Of a stretch of DNA of 64,000 bases, positions 32,032 through 45,400 are shown piece after piece. The notes below the pieces were generated by a model. It was not told where the DNA came from. It saw only the letters and a program-made list of their open reading frames with translations, and ran no database searches. The DNA is from Haplodiscus bocki (Eukaryota): assembly GCA_965655095.1 (NCBI GenBank), contig OZ296648.1:100502001-100566000 (forward strand), in the 5' to 3' direction. The position numbers and the translations under genes are program-made. Position 1 is the first letter of the stretch. Each line of letters begins with the position of its first letter.

Positions 32032-32852
32032 TTTGTCAAAATTCACAAAATTTTGCTTCAAATCGAAAACCGTAATACTTCCAGGAATGCAACCGTTTTA
32101 GTTTACGTTTTTCATGTAGTGGGGGGAGGGGGTGAGTTGACAGGAAAGATCCGAGTTCTTTAATATTACCATGGTTTTTGGACACTGTTCCACTTTGTGT
32201 ACCACAAATTGTTATTTGGACGATGGCATAATTTAGCGAAATCATTTTCGAATTGAAAGTCTACGAATGGATATCTTCAACATACATGTAGATGTCTCTT
32301 TTCACCCCTTGCTGAGAACTGAAAAAGATTCTCAAAATTATGAATGTTGTACTGCATGAATAAACCGCTCCAAATACGCAATACAGGGCCTAGTAATTTT
32401 TTCAAAAACTCTAGGTTTTTTCGAAACCCGAACCCAGTGTTCTTTCCGAGATTACTTTAATCGAAACCTTTAATGTTGAAACGACAGCTTGTTAGCAATT
32501 GCGTATCCTGAGAACTTGGACTGGGTGATTGAACATTTGTGATTGATATTCATCCCATGACAGAAAAGGAAAAGGCATTTTTGACTCCATGCTTGAATGA
32601 AATTTCAAATTGTTGGCTTTGGCTGCAACTCGGGGGAGATTCTGGATTTGAATTGGTTTTTGACAGAGTGATGACAGGCCAAGTTCACGATCTGCTATGT
32701 AGAACCTACATTTTGAATATTAATTATAGTGGTCTCATTGATTTTCAAAGGAATTTATGGAGTTTGCAACCAGTAAAAATATTCTTCTTGCAAAAGGCAA
32801 AGTTGAAAGTCATGGTAGATCACCTTGTACTTTTAATATATAACAAGCCAAC

Positions 32853-33347
32853 AGTCACCAGAGTCGGCGCCGCCCGTATGGCTCAAAATATTCATAAGGC
32901 GGAGTTCATTTTGATGTTTTCAAAAAAATTGTGGCTTGGTATACAATGTAAGGAAACAGCTTATACTGGGATTCGAAACCGCTGCCTGTCGATTCGTTAG
33001 ATGTAATGAGGGGTGTGTATCACGAAAAATTTTAGAAGGAAGGTCGAATTTTTTTTCGAAAATAGGTAATTTTTGGTATAGTTTCTGGTATAAAATGTAA
33101 GTATAGTTTCTGGTATAAAATGTAAAAAATATATAGCCTATACGGCGGTTCGAACCCTCGACCTGTGGTTACGGAACCCTTTTCTCCTACCCACTGTGCC
33201 ATTTAAATTGTAATCAATGCAAAAAGTGGGAGCTATTACGAACTTTCCCAATTTTTTTCCTGTTTATGCAAAAGGGGGTATTAAGAAAAATTTCCGTACT
33301 TGCCTTCGCAAAAACATTTCCCGTACACGTAAAGGCGGATCACGACC
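32853..33347 (-). mobile_element. Dispersed ~500-bp repeat with tRNA-like A/B-box modules, copy A
   Basis: The reverse complement aligns by eye along its length with 60743-61280 and with 62158-62450. Contains TGGCACAGTGG...GGTTCGAACC on the minus strand at about 33144-33200. Confidence 0.7.
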
Positions 33348-36204
33348 ATTTTTGGATTCTATTTGATTCTAATAGCATGGTACAAGTCCTAGCTTCAACA
33401 GCAATAATTTGACAGAAAAATGCAACTCTGTACAAAAATTGGATCAATTCGAAATGAGTCTGTTGAAATACGAAAAAAAGTAACCCAAAAGTTGGCATTT
33501 TTTCAAAGCGCCGACTAAAAATGATGAAAGCGTTATTTCGTTTCAAGCAATCCCAAAAATTAGCTATGCTTCACATGGGTTAATCGTGAACGTGAATGGA
33601 TACCATTTCCTCATATGCAAATTATTTGCGTAATTGGAGGGGATGGCAAATCACTCCCGTAACTCCTGTGTGGCTTAGAGTTTTTGACCTCGGTAGTCGA
33701 TGTAAAAGTGCTGATGTTGATGAAAATGGAAATTTGTTTTAAATGATCAAAAGCAGTCAAAAAGATGGCATTGAAGTTTCACTTTCATCTTTAGTGATAT
33801 ATTATAGCTCGAACTACTTACGCCTGAATTAAATTCTCACGCCTGAATTTTTTCGACGAATCTATGCTCAAGTTTCTGCCAACATTACCATGGTTGGCTG
33901 CACTTATATAGTATACATGTTATGTAGTTACTTATAGTTGTACAGGCAAGTGTTACAGTCTTCAATTTTTTCCGATCCGTTCACAACTGACACAAGTTCC
34001 TAGATTTTGACCAAAAAGGTAGGAGTGGATCAGGCTCGAAGCTGGGACCATTCGCGTCGCCGTAGCATGCTCTACTTACTGTGCCATTGTCAGTTGAACA
34101 GTGTTTTCATTTAGAATATCAAGCGAATAAAATATTGTAGCGTTTCTTACTTGTATATAAATACTTTTATATAGCCGTTCGTACTTATTTTACTTGTATA
34201 AGAATTTACTGAGTTTATTAAAGTTCTGTTTTTATCAGTAGTTTCAATACTACCTTGACCCCTTGAAATAGTTGCACTTGTTGGATTTGTTCACTAGTAA
34301 GTATTCTTCGGTGCAAGTTTTGCGAAACACAGCTCTGCCTCTCTGTAAGTTTGTTGATCCCGGAGGGTTTAGGAAATCATTTATTTGAGCCAGGGTTTCT
34401 CAACATTGTATCGGGTTTCTGCGTTATCAGTAACTTTAGGAGATCAATAGGTTTAGGACATAAAAATGTTCTCAATATATATTTCGAAATCGAGATGTTG
34501 CAAAACAGATTTCTTCCGGCAAATCTAAAAAGCTTGAAATTGTTTTTTTTTGGATAAATTGGCATTCTTTTCTTCATTTGTAAGATCGAAGACGAAGATG
34601 ACGAAGATTATAACGAGATCTTGTCTGTTTTCATCACACCTGGCAATGTGCAAATGATGTAAGAATCCACTGATGTTACTGAAGCCTATATAGTGCTCAC
34701 CTTGCTCAGATGTGTTACTTGCCAATCATTTCGTACGTTTCTAAAGACGGCCAATCATCTATTAGAGGCCAACATACCAGACTTTTTGAAAAAAAAGTTA
34801 AATTTCCAACTGTGGAAAAAGTTTTGTTTGATCTTCTATATCTCTTCTAGCGTTTGTCCGATTTTTCTGCATTATTGCAGAAATGTCGCCAAGACTTTTA
34901 ATCTACCTTGACTGAATTTTCAATCAGTTTAATTTATTTTTTGTTGGTTGTTCTGCAAAAGAAACTTTAAAAATAGAGATGATTTCGTCAAAAATTTCAC
35001 ATTTGAAGTCTAACATCTTAGCAACTTGGAGTGCAATTTGTTTAAATTTTACATAGCAGGAGTGAAAAGACTTCGATGTACGTATTATCGGTTTTTAGTT
35101 GTCTTCTGAAAATGTTGAGAGTTTTCTCTACGAACGAAGCTTGGAAATTGAGATGATTTTAGCTGTTTTGTTGTCGAAAGTTCCGTATTTCAAGTCTTGT
35201 ATCTTGGAAACTAGACCTCTAACTCATCCATATTTTCTGTAGGGGTAACAAAAAGACTCCTATAGGGGACTTGAATCTTTTGGTTGAAGTCCGGATTGGT
35301 CTTTTGTTAAGGAAATTTGACAATGAAGCTGGATTGGCTTTTTTGTCAATACTTGAAGTCCTCTGTTTTGAGCTCTAGGCTTCCAAATCACAAATTTTGC
35401 ATAGAAGTAAAAGCGAGACTCTGATGACCAACTTATCAGTTTTTGTTTGCGTTCTGAAAACTGTGTCGCTGGTTTTTTGCGAAAGAAACTCGGAAAGCGT
35501 TCTTATTGGGGCTATTTTGTCGATTATTATGTCCCGTTTTTTGACAGCTAGGCCCTCCAAATCGCCCAGCGGTTGCAAAAGAGGTAACACGAATAATCCT
35601 AACTACGACGTATGAAATTTTGATTGCCTTCTAATGCTTCGATAGTAAAGCCCAGACGAGGCCTATTCTCACGAACTAAAAAGCGTGTTCGAATTGTTAA
35701 GTGCGGGTACTGATACACGAAGCTAAGATGCTCAAGGTATACACGATTTTTCGTACACGAGATATCACGCTGATTGATAATCTTGTACAAGAGGAGCGGC
35801 AGACTTGGGGATGTTTTCCCATCTCCCAATTGGGAAACTTTTGAAAAAAATTGAGAATCGAGGAAAAAAACCTTGGAAATTGTTCACAAATGGCTTGAAA
35901 AATTAAAATATACGTATTTTTAGAAAACCTATATTGTTGATGAGAAAATCGGTTTTTTCCCAAAAAGTAGTTGGCGGATTCTACGACACATTTTGAGCAA
36001 TTTGGCGAAACAAATGATTGGACGGTAAAAATTTTGCTACCGTACAATTGGCAGATTTGATCTAAAATAGCCTGAATATTGATTGAATGATCATCCATGA
36101 TCATCCTTCCGTACATAAAATAGGGGCCGAAGATGATAAAATTTATTTTTAGAGGTAGCTGAATGGTCTCCGAGAGTTGATTTGGATGCAAAGGTATTAA
36201 TATT

Positions 36205-36403
36205 ATGGAGGGTGTGGGTTGCAGAGTTGTCAGAGGCCCTGACTGGAAGTGGGGCAAGCAGGACGGGGGAGAAGGTCATGTGGGCACTGTGCGCAGTTTT
36301 GAGTCACCCGACGAAGTGGTCATTGTGTGGGACAATGGAACTGCCGCCAATTACAGGTGTGCGGGCGCTTTCGACCTCCGTATCTACGACTCTTCTCCCG
36401 CGG
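36205..36403 (+). CDS. MIB1: MIB1 coding exon 1 (MIB/HERC2 domain 1)
   Basis: [52 protein letters not shown]; donor gttaag. Confidence 0.95.
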
Positions 36404-39400
36404 GTTAAGATTGAGATGAGATAATAATTATTTGTCCAATCTTTCTATAATAACAACTCTTCCTTAATTCAACCGAAATCGTAACATAAACTAATCGACG
36501 AAACCAGGAAAGAGGACATGAGACTTGAGATCCCAGTTAAATTTTACCCCTTTTAAACTTTAATAGTGTTTAAAATTGAAAATGGAACAAAATGTCAGAT
36601 GTGCAAGAATCTGCTACAGTTACTAGCTCAAGAACAGCGAATTTGGTATTATTGTTGTACAATAAAAATATTCTGAGCCCTTTGTTTAGTAGTTGGAGAA
36701 TTGTCTCCAAATTTTAACTGCACAAACCAAAGCTGAGTATTTTTCATTTTTGGCAATTTTTAAGGTGCCAAATGCCAGCTTCTTACGATAGACCCGTTTT
36801 TTGTCTTTGACAACTCACATTTGCTGCCACTCGTATTACTTGCAGTGTTGTAGTTTGATCACGTGTTCCCAGACTTTGATCACGTGCTCGAATCGTGGAC
36901 GCAGCGCCTTATTTTTCCTGGCAATTTTTGACTCTTAATCGAAAATTCGGGAAATGAAATTTCGTCGATGAAAAAGCACTAGCTCAAAAGGCGAAAATCC
37001 TTCATTTTTTGATGTTTCTTCTCTGTTTTTGAAGTTTTTTGGCTGAAATTGTCTCGGAACTGCTCTTTACACTTTGCGTCCAACTCTCCGTTTCATGAAG
37101 TGGCCTCGATAAGTTTTTGTCATACGCTTAAAACAGATATTTTTGTCTTGTGTGTAATCTGCAGTCATGTTTCATTTCAAGTTATCAGGAATTGGATCCT
37201 CTTGGGCTGCCAGTTTTGCGACGCTTCACTCCGCTTCTGTGTTAGTTTTTTGAATGGAGTGAAGCAAGTGTATTACGCTTGATTTGTTCGTTTTTCTTTT
37301 TGGTCGAAACTCGCGGTTTTTCCAAGATTCTGATGTGTTCCGAGGATTGAATTTTTTTAAACTTGGTTGGGTTGGGGATCGAACCGTCAACCTGTCATTT
37401 GCGAAGCGTTTGGCTTACCGATTGCGGCATCTGGTGAAAGTTCACAGATATTATGTGTGTAAGTATACACACAATACGTTTCTTATTGAGTATTTCCTTA
37501 ACCTTTAATTTACACTGGCATTTTTACGTACTATCAATCGCACTCTGCCCGTCCGATGATTTTTCAGAAAAACTTACGGTCTGGATAATTTTCTCAATGG
37601 AAGAAACTGCTTTTTTTCGCAAAAAATAATTAGTTGTAATTGAATTTTAATAGTTTATTACTTGCGTCATTCCTTGAAACAATTTTTGTCAATGCTTAAT
37701 TGTTATCTGTGGCCTAATTATCGATGGTTCAACTACTCGCGCTCTATAGGTTTTGTGAAGTAGGTTATATTATCTGTTTCTTCTTTTTGTTGAGAAAATT
37801 ATCGACTTGAACTTGAAAAATTGAAGGTGTTTTTTCATTGGTTGTCAGTTGAATCGATTTTCTGTGAATTTTTGTCAAATTGGGTACATTTAGCGCCTAT
37901 TCAAATTTTTCGGGTGTAGAGGTCTTATGGAGTAGCTTGTGCAGTCTCCTTCGTATTTCTATTTTTAAAAATTGCCGTCAATTATAAGAATCGAAAATGT
38001 TTTCACCTGCTTTGTTAGTAAAATCTTTTTTTTTCAGTGAAAAGTGGTTTTATTCTGTACATTTTGGTTTCTTTCAATTATTCGCCGTCTGCAACATGGG
38101 CTGAATATAGAGTGTCTTCTTGTTCTTTTCGTACGACGAAAGTTTGCCGGCGGGAAAACGGAGGTGCTTTCTCGTCGGTGGTTGAAAGTGATGGCCAGCT
38201 ATTTGATTACTGTTGAGAATTTCGTCGATTTCATTCTGATTGGGAATTTTCGCAAATTTGCCATAGCCATTGCTTTTGCTCGTTTCCTTCCTGTTGTCTG
38301 AACTTTCAAGCGGAAGAGTTCTCCAGTTTTTTTTGTGCGTCCATAGTCAATAGCGTTCTTCTCTGTGATTGTTAGTGCATTTTCGACCGTCCCGCTCTCA
38401 ATTGACCTCCGGCAGCATCAAAAATTGGTGGAGTACCAGAGATTGTCTGTTTTGCATAATATTTCAGCTGATAAGTTTTTCGAAACGTACTTAATTGCAC
38501 ATTACTGAACGCTTCCGACGGCTTTCGTGAGAGAGTTCACGCTGCATGAGTTTCGATTAGTGTACGCTGCTGTTCTTGCGCAACTTTTTTTTCTCGCGTG
38601 TTTATTCAGATTGCGACAGAAGCATCATTTGAAGTCGTAGAACACCTGATGGCTTCGTCAGCGATGGTTTGGTGTTAAAGTATGTGGGCGACATATATGG
38701 TCAGCTCAAGCCCGATTTCGCTTGTTTTTCTGGTGCTTTGAAATCCTCTTTTTTTCTGCTGGAATTATTTCCTCGAAAGTTTGCGCCGCGCAGCTTCGAC
38801 TACGTGTTGCACTACTGTTCAGCTTCCCGAGTGTATGAAATTCGACCGGCCGTCTTGCCTAGATTTGGAAATTTCTTGATGTTTGGGGCTTGAGCATACA
38901 ATCTTTAACTGTGGAAGCGCTTGGTATACTTTTGCGCCAACTATTACGGAAAGATCACAGACATTACTCGTATAAAGCGACGTATATTACAGCTGCCGTT
39001 CTTCCGGAATCGATAACTGATTTTTACGGCTATTTCAAAGTTTTTTTGGCGGCTATCGATGGCATTGTGATCGTTATAGGCTTTTATTGGGAAAAAAAGT
39101 AATTGGGATTTTTTGAATGGTCGGGATTGCGTTTTCCTTGTTGTCCCCGCTAATTTGAATTCTGATGGTGTTTTGCTTGTGCTGTTCTTCAAAAGGGATT
39201 TTTTCAATGAATAGTGATCGCATTGTGACCATCTAATATTGGTTCAACTACTGGCTGCCTGTAGTTTCTGGAGAGTAGCTTTGTCGAGTAACTTTCCACG
39301 TCATGTCTGGAGTTGTCTGAATATTTAGCGTTATGCTTACTTGGTATTCGATGAAACTTTTTTCTCAATGACTAGTCGTTGGGTTGGATCTATTCGGCAC

Positions 39401-42400
39401 TTCTCCAATTATTGGCTGCTTGGATCTTCAGAGGAGGACCCAGAACGGTCAATTTTGAACTTGGTTTTGAAAAATCGAAGAATGTTTCTTTTTCGTTGTT
39501 CGTTGAAAGTTTGTTTCCCACTTACTAGTTGTATGGGGCTTACTCATCGGTGTTCTAACTACTTATGCTCTAGCGGTTTTGCCAAGTTGCTTGTTTTGTT
39601 ATCTGTTTTATTTTGTTTTGGTTTTGAAGAATAACAGCTTGAGATTGAAAAACAAGCTGCTGGAAAACTCACTGCTCAGAACTCTTGCTGCGTAGCTTGA
39701 AGCTTATTGTTCGTCGAGTTGCTGTTCTGGCTTTCCCATCGGCTGTTGTTTAGATTGCACATGTGCCGTGGGGAATCAGCTCCCGGCTAGCTTTAGGTTG
39801 CCCCTAATGGCATACTTTTTTTCTAGAGTTTGTTGCAACAACTTTCGATTTTCGTTTGAAAAAAAATCAAAGATGTGTTTTTACTCGCGTTATTCGTTAA
39901 CACCCGTTTTCTCAATGACTAGTGGTGCAATTGGGTGTATTCAGTGTCCATTCATCAACTTGCCGCTCGAAGTTTATGCTGAGCTGCTTGCATGGGTTTT
40001 TTTCCCGTTGTATTTCGAAACGTTCGTTGTTTCTCACATAAAAGTTGTCGGATTGTGTGCATCAAGGGCTAATTCAACTACCCATTCCTTAGACGGCGAC
40101 TCTCCATAGTTGCAGAGGTAAATGGTTTCACGCTGTCTTGGCTCAATTTTTGTGACATATCGCATGTCATGGTTCAGAGTTCATTAACTCTCCTATTGCA
40201 ACAATGGAGTTTTCTGTTGGAATAAGTTTCAGGTATTAGCCCATGAACATATTGTTTGCATGCTTTGTTGCTCTTACCTTCTATAATTTTTGTTTTGAGG
40301 ACCATTCCAAACCACCGAGTGGTTCGTTTTATCAATTGATGCTGAATTCCCAATTTCAACCCGCCGAACAGATTCATATTTGAAAAAAAAATAACAAACA
40401 ATTGCGTGAGGGAATGATTGTTTAATTCATGATGCAATAGTGGAAATGGCTCATATAATTTCTCATCATAGGGGCTCGTCCACGCTGTGAAAAACTTCTA
40501 CATTAGTTGAAAACAGTTCGAAGAGTTCTCTGGAATTGTACCACAAGCAATATGTGGCTATGAGAATGCTATTTGTGGATTTCACAAACCAAGGTCTTCC
40601 CAGTCTTTCCTCTGAATGTTTCTCGCACATTTTTTAACAGACATGTTGCGGTCAGAGACTGGAAAATATCAAAAGTTGTGAAGATCTCGCTTTTTTAGCA
40701 ACAAACCCTAAATGCCTATTTTGAATGAGAATATTGTCCAGGCATTGCCTGTTTGCGTGCTACCGCTGAAACAATCCATCCGTTGAATATTGCTGACCTT
40801 GCCTTTGAATAGAACTGTTAATTGTCCCCTTTTACCTAGAACTCAGAGCTCAACTTTAAAGTTCTCTAAAATCCACCCAGCAAGAGCTATAGGGCTAAGC
40901 TTCGGTTGTGAGCGATCTTTTAGACCCCTAAAGCCCCAGACTTATTTTGAGCCCAATCGGAAATGAAAAATTTTCTGATCTCGCCCGAAGCCGCTTCTGT
41001 GAGAAGTGTGTCCTGTGTTAAGTTTTCGATAGATTTGAGTAACTTTCGACTAAATTTGGTTCATTGGTGCTTCAAGGTTCTACAATAATTGTCATTTTTA
41101 ACCCATTCGACGACCTGTGTTGAAACTTCATTTGTAAAAAGTGTAAAGATTTCACATGCTTTAAGGACAAATTTGATGTTTCAAACACTTGTATTATATT
41201 TTCCTGTGCTTTTCGCCCCTGTTGAATGTCAAATATGTTCTCGCTTACTTTCCATGACTCTAGTCAGCCCAACTTGTATGCTTTTATGGTGACGCTTCCC
41301 ACTCGATACTTTTACGTTGCTTAAAAATCATATTTTTAGGATATTTGTTATGTTTATTTTATTAACGTGTTTATATGTTCTGCCTGAATCTGCAAACCTT
41401 GTAATATTTTCGTCGGTTTGGTTGCCATGGTAATCCCCTGTCCCAACAAGTTCGAAATTTCTGATTTTTTTGATAGTTATTCACAAGTTATGCGATGTTT
41501 AATGTCATTATTTGTTGTATTAACATTGGATATTCTAGCGTAGTTTGGAAGTAATATTTAACTGACCGAAGAAAAGTTGCTCTGAATTTCGATATTTTAA
41601 CCAACAATTCTTCATGCTAGAGCATGAAGGCAAAGTTTCAGTCAGATTGAGATTTGAAACCAAGATAGCTGAAGGCTGAAAGACAGCATTAAAGTTGTTG
41701 GAAACTTCGAATTTAGAAATAGCCAAAGTGGGAGCTATTTCAACGAAACAAGAAATACAGTCCTTTCAAAACCCATTGGACGAAGTAAGGCCGGTGTAAA
41801 GTGTAAGAATAGAGTATTGTAAGGACGTTACAAGACATCATTTCCTCCAGCCAAATTGTGGGCATCTTCTACAGCCTCTGCTCTCAAAATTTGAGGGTTT
41901 GAATGTCCACGTATTCTTTGTCTATTCTAGCTCTTGTAAATAAAATTTGTTGAAGAGGGAACCCTCGACAGTTCGTGATGATTGCCTGCATTTCACATTA
42001 TTTTGAAGGCTAAATCTAATTACAACAGTAATTGTTCGATCTGCAAGAGGTATCTTCCGACTAGTGAGTGTTGTTGACACGCAGAAACTTCTCTGAGGAC
42101 CAAATACTGAATCAAATATACCGCCTATCTTGGTTTCTTCTTTGGTTAGTGACCTCTGTTGGCTTGGTAGAAAAATTGATGATGAAGATATAGCTTGTGT
42201 AGACAACCGATGTTGATGAGTGGACTTGGTCAGGTTGAGACCAACTGATTCATTTTGAGAACCCCGAAAATTTATACAAAGGTGTAAAAGAATGATCGAT
42301 CGAAGTTTAATTCTTGATGCAACTCTGGAAAATTTCTATTGCAAACGTCAGCATCTTGACCTTTTTTGATTTTGTTATAGGCAGGTCTAGGAAACTTAGC

Positions 42401-45400
42401 TTGCGCTTTTTTCTGGCTCTCTTCTTCGGAACTATTCCTTAGATTTCGTCCATTTACCGCTTACTCGACTAATCGGTGCTTCAAGACTTTACTTGGGCCC
42501 TACTCTTGCAGTGAAAACGTCTGACTCCTATTTCTTGTGGCACTACTTTCGTCGAGAGATCTTTACTTGTAGTTTGGAATTAGAAAATTTTCCAAGTTTT
42601 TTTCGGCGATCAAGGATAGTTCTCTCTGTTCCTCCGATGCATAATCCTTCTGGAATCCTCGTATGTAATTTTGCTTTTGAACAGCTACCTTTATATTTCC
42701 CTTTTCTCGGGAAAACATCTTTGAACACATTGCTACTGGATTTTTTTCAGTATTGGTTGAATCTTTTGCGTCTCTGTGCATTACAGTGGGTGCAGTTTCC
42801 CTAATTTGGATTTATTACGAAACGCAGGTTCGCCTCGGTCTTGCTCTTGGGTGTAGCATGTGTTATGAAATGGATCGTCAATTCTTATCAATACGCTAGT
42901 TGGAATATAACGCGAAATTGAGTTCATTTGCTTGCTCAGCCTCCTTTTCTTTACAAGCTCGCCGAACGACTCCATGAAAAGTAACGAAAACCAGAATGCA
43001 GGGAACTTCCGAATGGGTATAGTAGGACAAATCTAGCAGTAGGTACTTCTCTCCGTTCACTCAAACTGAAACTTTTTGGGACATTTATTTTTATTCTTTA
43101 GATTTTTTACATCCAATGTCCTTTCAAATACTCGCTTTATTGGCGTTTTGCAGATCACCAGTGATTTTCCAAGCAGTTCGCTATTCGAATTCGTTGTGAT
43201 GTGGTTTGTTTCGAGATTGTTTGATGGGGTTTGTTTCGAGATTGTTTGACTCAAAGACTACTACTATCATTCAGTGCTCATTGGAAATCCCAGAATATGA
43301 AGAACCTGTGGAGTACCAATAATGCCCATTTTCAAGCTTTCCATGCGAGTTGTCTTGACTTGTCGCTTGAAGTTGTAACATTTATTTCGCGTCTCTTTGC
43401 AACCTTGTGTTTCGCAAAGAGTACTAATTAGTTTCGGTCATCTAGTGCTCAATCGAAAACCTCCAATATGGAGACTCTGAAGAGAACTTGGGGTGTTCCA
43501 TATCATAGGTTACGTCTGTTGCGATTTTTCTGGAGCTATTGTTTGGAACTCGAAAGTGTTTTTCTCACTACTTGTTCAAAATTTTTATTCAGAAGTTTTT
43601 CTAATTGAGCATTGGAGTACGGCTATATAGTGCTCTTTCGAAAACGCGCTTCCTCTTCACAAGTTTTTCTGATTAGGCACTGAGTGGATTACTGCTTTAT
43701 TGTGATCTTTGGAAAACGCACATTGTTCAGAATCTCTGAGGGAGCGGGCATGTCAACTTCCGTGGTTTCCATACTGTGAGACTTCGGTTTGTTGTTCGTA
43801 AGTTGTCTAATTTTTCACTTGGATCACCCTGGATTTTTTCTCGAAAAGTATTGATTGAACTGCGGCAGTCCATTAGTGATGAATTAGCTTGCAAACTGAA
43901 AAATTTGATAGGAAGCTGAGATATCCTCTTTCATACTTTTTTGAAAGTTTCATTTCTAATTTGAAATGCGGAAGAATCTTCACTTGCGTCTTCAGATATG
44001 ATTTTTTCGAAAACTACTGGCTAAATTGCTGCCATCCAGTGCTCATATGAAAACTTGCGATGTGCTAATTAATCGAAGAATCAGCAGGCATGTCAAGTTT
44101 CCTACTTTCCATATACTCTACGCATGAAAATTTTTGGCTTGTTCGTGTGTCGTAGCAGTGTTACTTGTGTGTTTTCGAAGTTTTCTCTCCAAGATTTCTG
44201 AATGGATTGCCGCCATCGGTGTCATCCAGAAACCTGTACAACGAAGAGCTTTTGAACAAGCCGGGATGACCCTTTCTTACTTTTTATGGAACATTTCATT
44301 TCTAATTTGAAATACAAAAAATTTTTTCTTTCATCTTTCTCAAATTTGTTTTCTCCGGAGACTATCAATTGGATTGTGTGCAGACGGTGGTGATATGAAA
44401 GTTCCTGTTTTTTTAGAATCTGGGAAGTGGCCGCAGTGACATCTTTTTTGCCCGGCAAGGATTTGGGATATAGTTTGAAGTTCGAAAGTTTCCAATTTTG
44501 TCTGTTGTATGGCGGCCATCCAATTCAAGAGGCCGCAGTTTGGACAATTGTCTATGAGGTAGACATTTCCGGTAACATGCGTTCAAATATTCCAAACGAA
44601 ATATTTTGACTGCCAACATTTTGTATGAACAACAGTCGTGAAGTTGTATTTTGTGATGTTTGTTGAAATCTGAAGCTTCACAAGTCAAATGGTCAATTAG
44701 TTGATACCGTTTTTCACCTTCGTCTTAAGGATTTGCGACGTACAGCTCCGGCTCTGTGTTTCAGTTTGTTTTCACCTTGAGAAGAGATAGGTTGGCTTTT
44801 TAGACGGGATAGGTAGAAGAGTGGGTGTTTTGAGCTTCCCTTGGTACAGAATTTTGAACTGTTATGGTTGTTCAAAAAAAATGAACGCAGAGTTAAGAAA
44901 CATCGGAACTACTTTTTTTGGGAGAAACTTATTTTCAAATCTAGTTTTCGGTGTTCTGTGTTACTGAGGCTAATGACCTCAGAGGGACTTGAAACATAAT
45001 TAGGAGGCGGGAAAAGATTGACATCACGCACACCTATATGCACTACAGAAATCTCTTTTAAAAACGTAAAATTGTTAGGTCGAGAAAACGTCGATTTTTA
45101 GCGAACGGAGACGATTTGCAGGCTCATGTTTGGTCTGAAAGCTGTGGACTCAAAAACATAGAGTCCCGTCGAATCTTCCACCAAAAAGTGGAAAGTTTGG
45201 GGAGCCTCCCAATATCACCAAAATTTGCCATACCAAAATTTTGTAACCAAAACACCATATGTCGGACAAAACATACCACAATTCCTTTTAATGACGAAGG
45301 CGATTCATGAACAGCAAACGTGGCAAGGCTATTTGTGATATCTACTTTGGGAAAAAGACAATTCTCAGAAATAAAGACATGTTTTCTTTGTCGGGTCTTC

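Noticed and set aside
32539-33000. 153-aa ORF downstream of MED16
   Set aside because: GTG start, no domain, and its 3' part reads through repeat copy A.
35375-36257. Minus-strand ORFs upstream of and overlapping MIB1 exon 1
   Set aside because: No homology recognised; partly the antisense shadow of MIB1, and probably promoter or 5'-UTR intron sequence.
40575-40625. RGKTGKT as a Walker A motif on the minus strand
   Set aside because: It does not fit GxxxxGK[ST], lacks a preceding hydrophobic strand, and a stop follows a few codons later.
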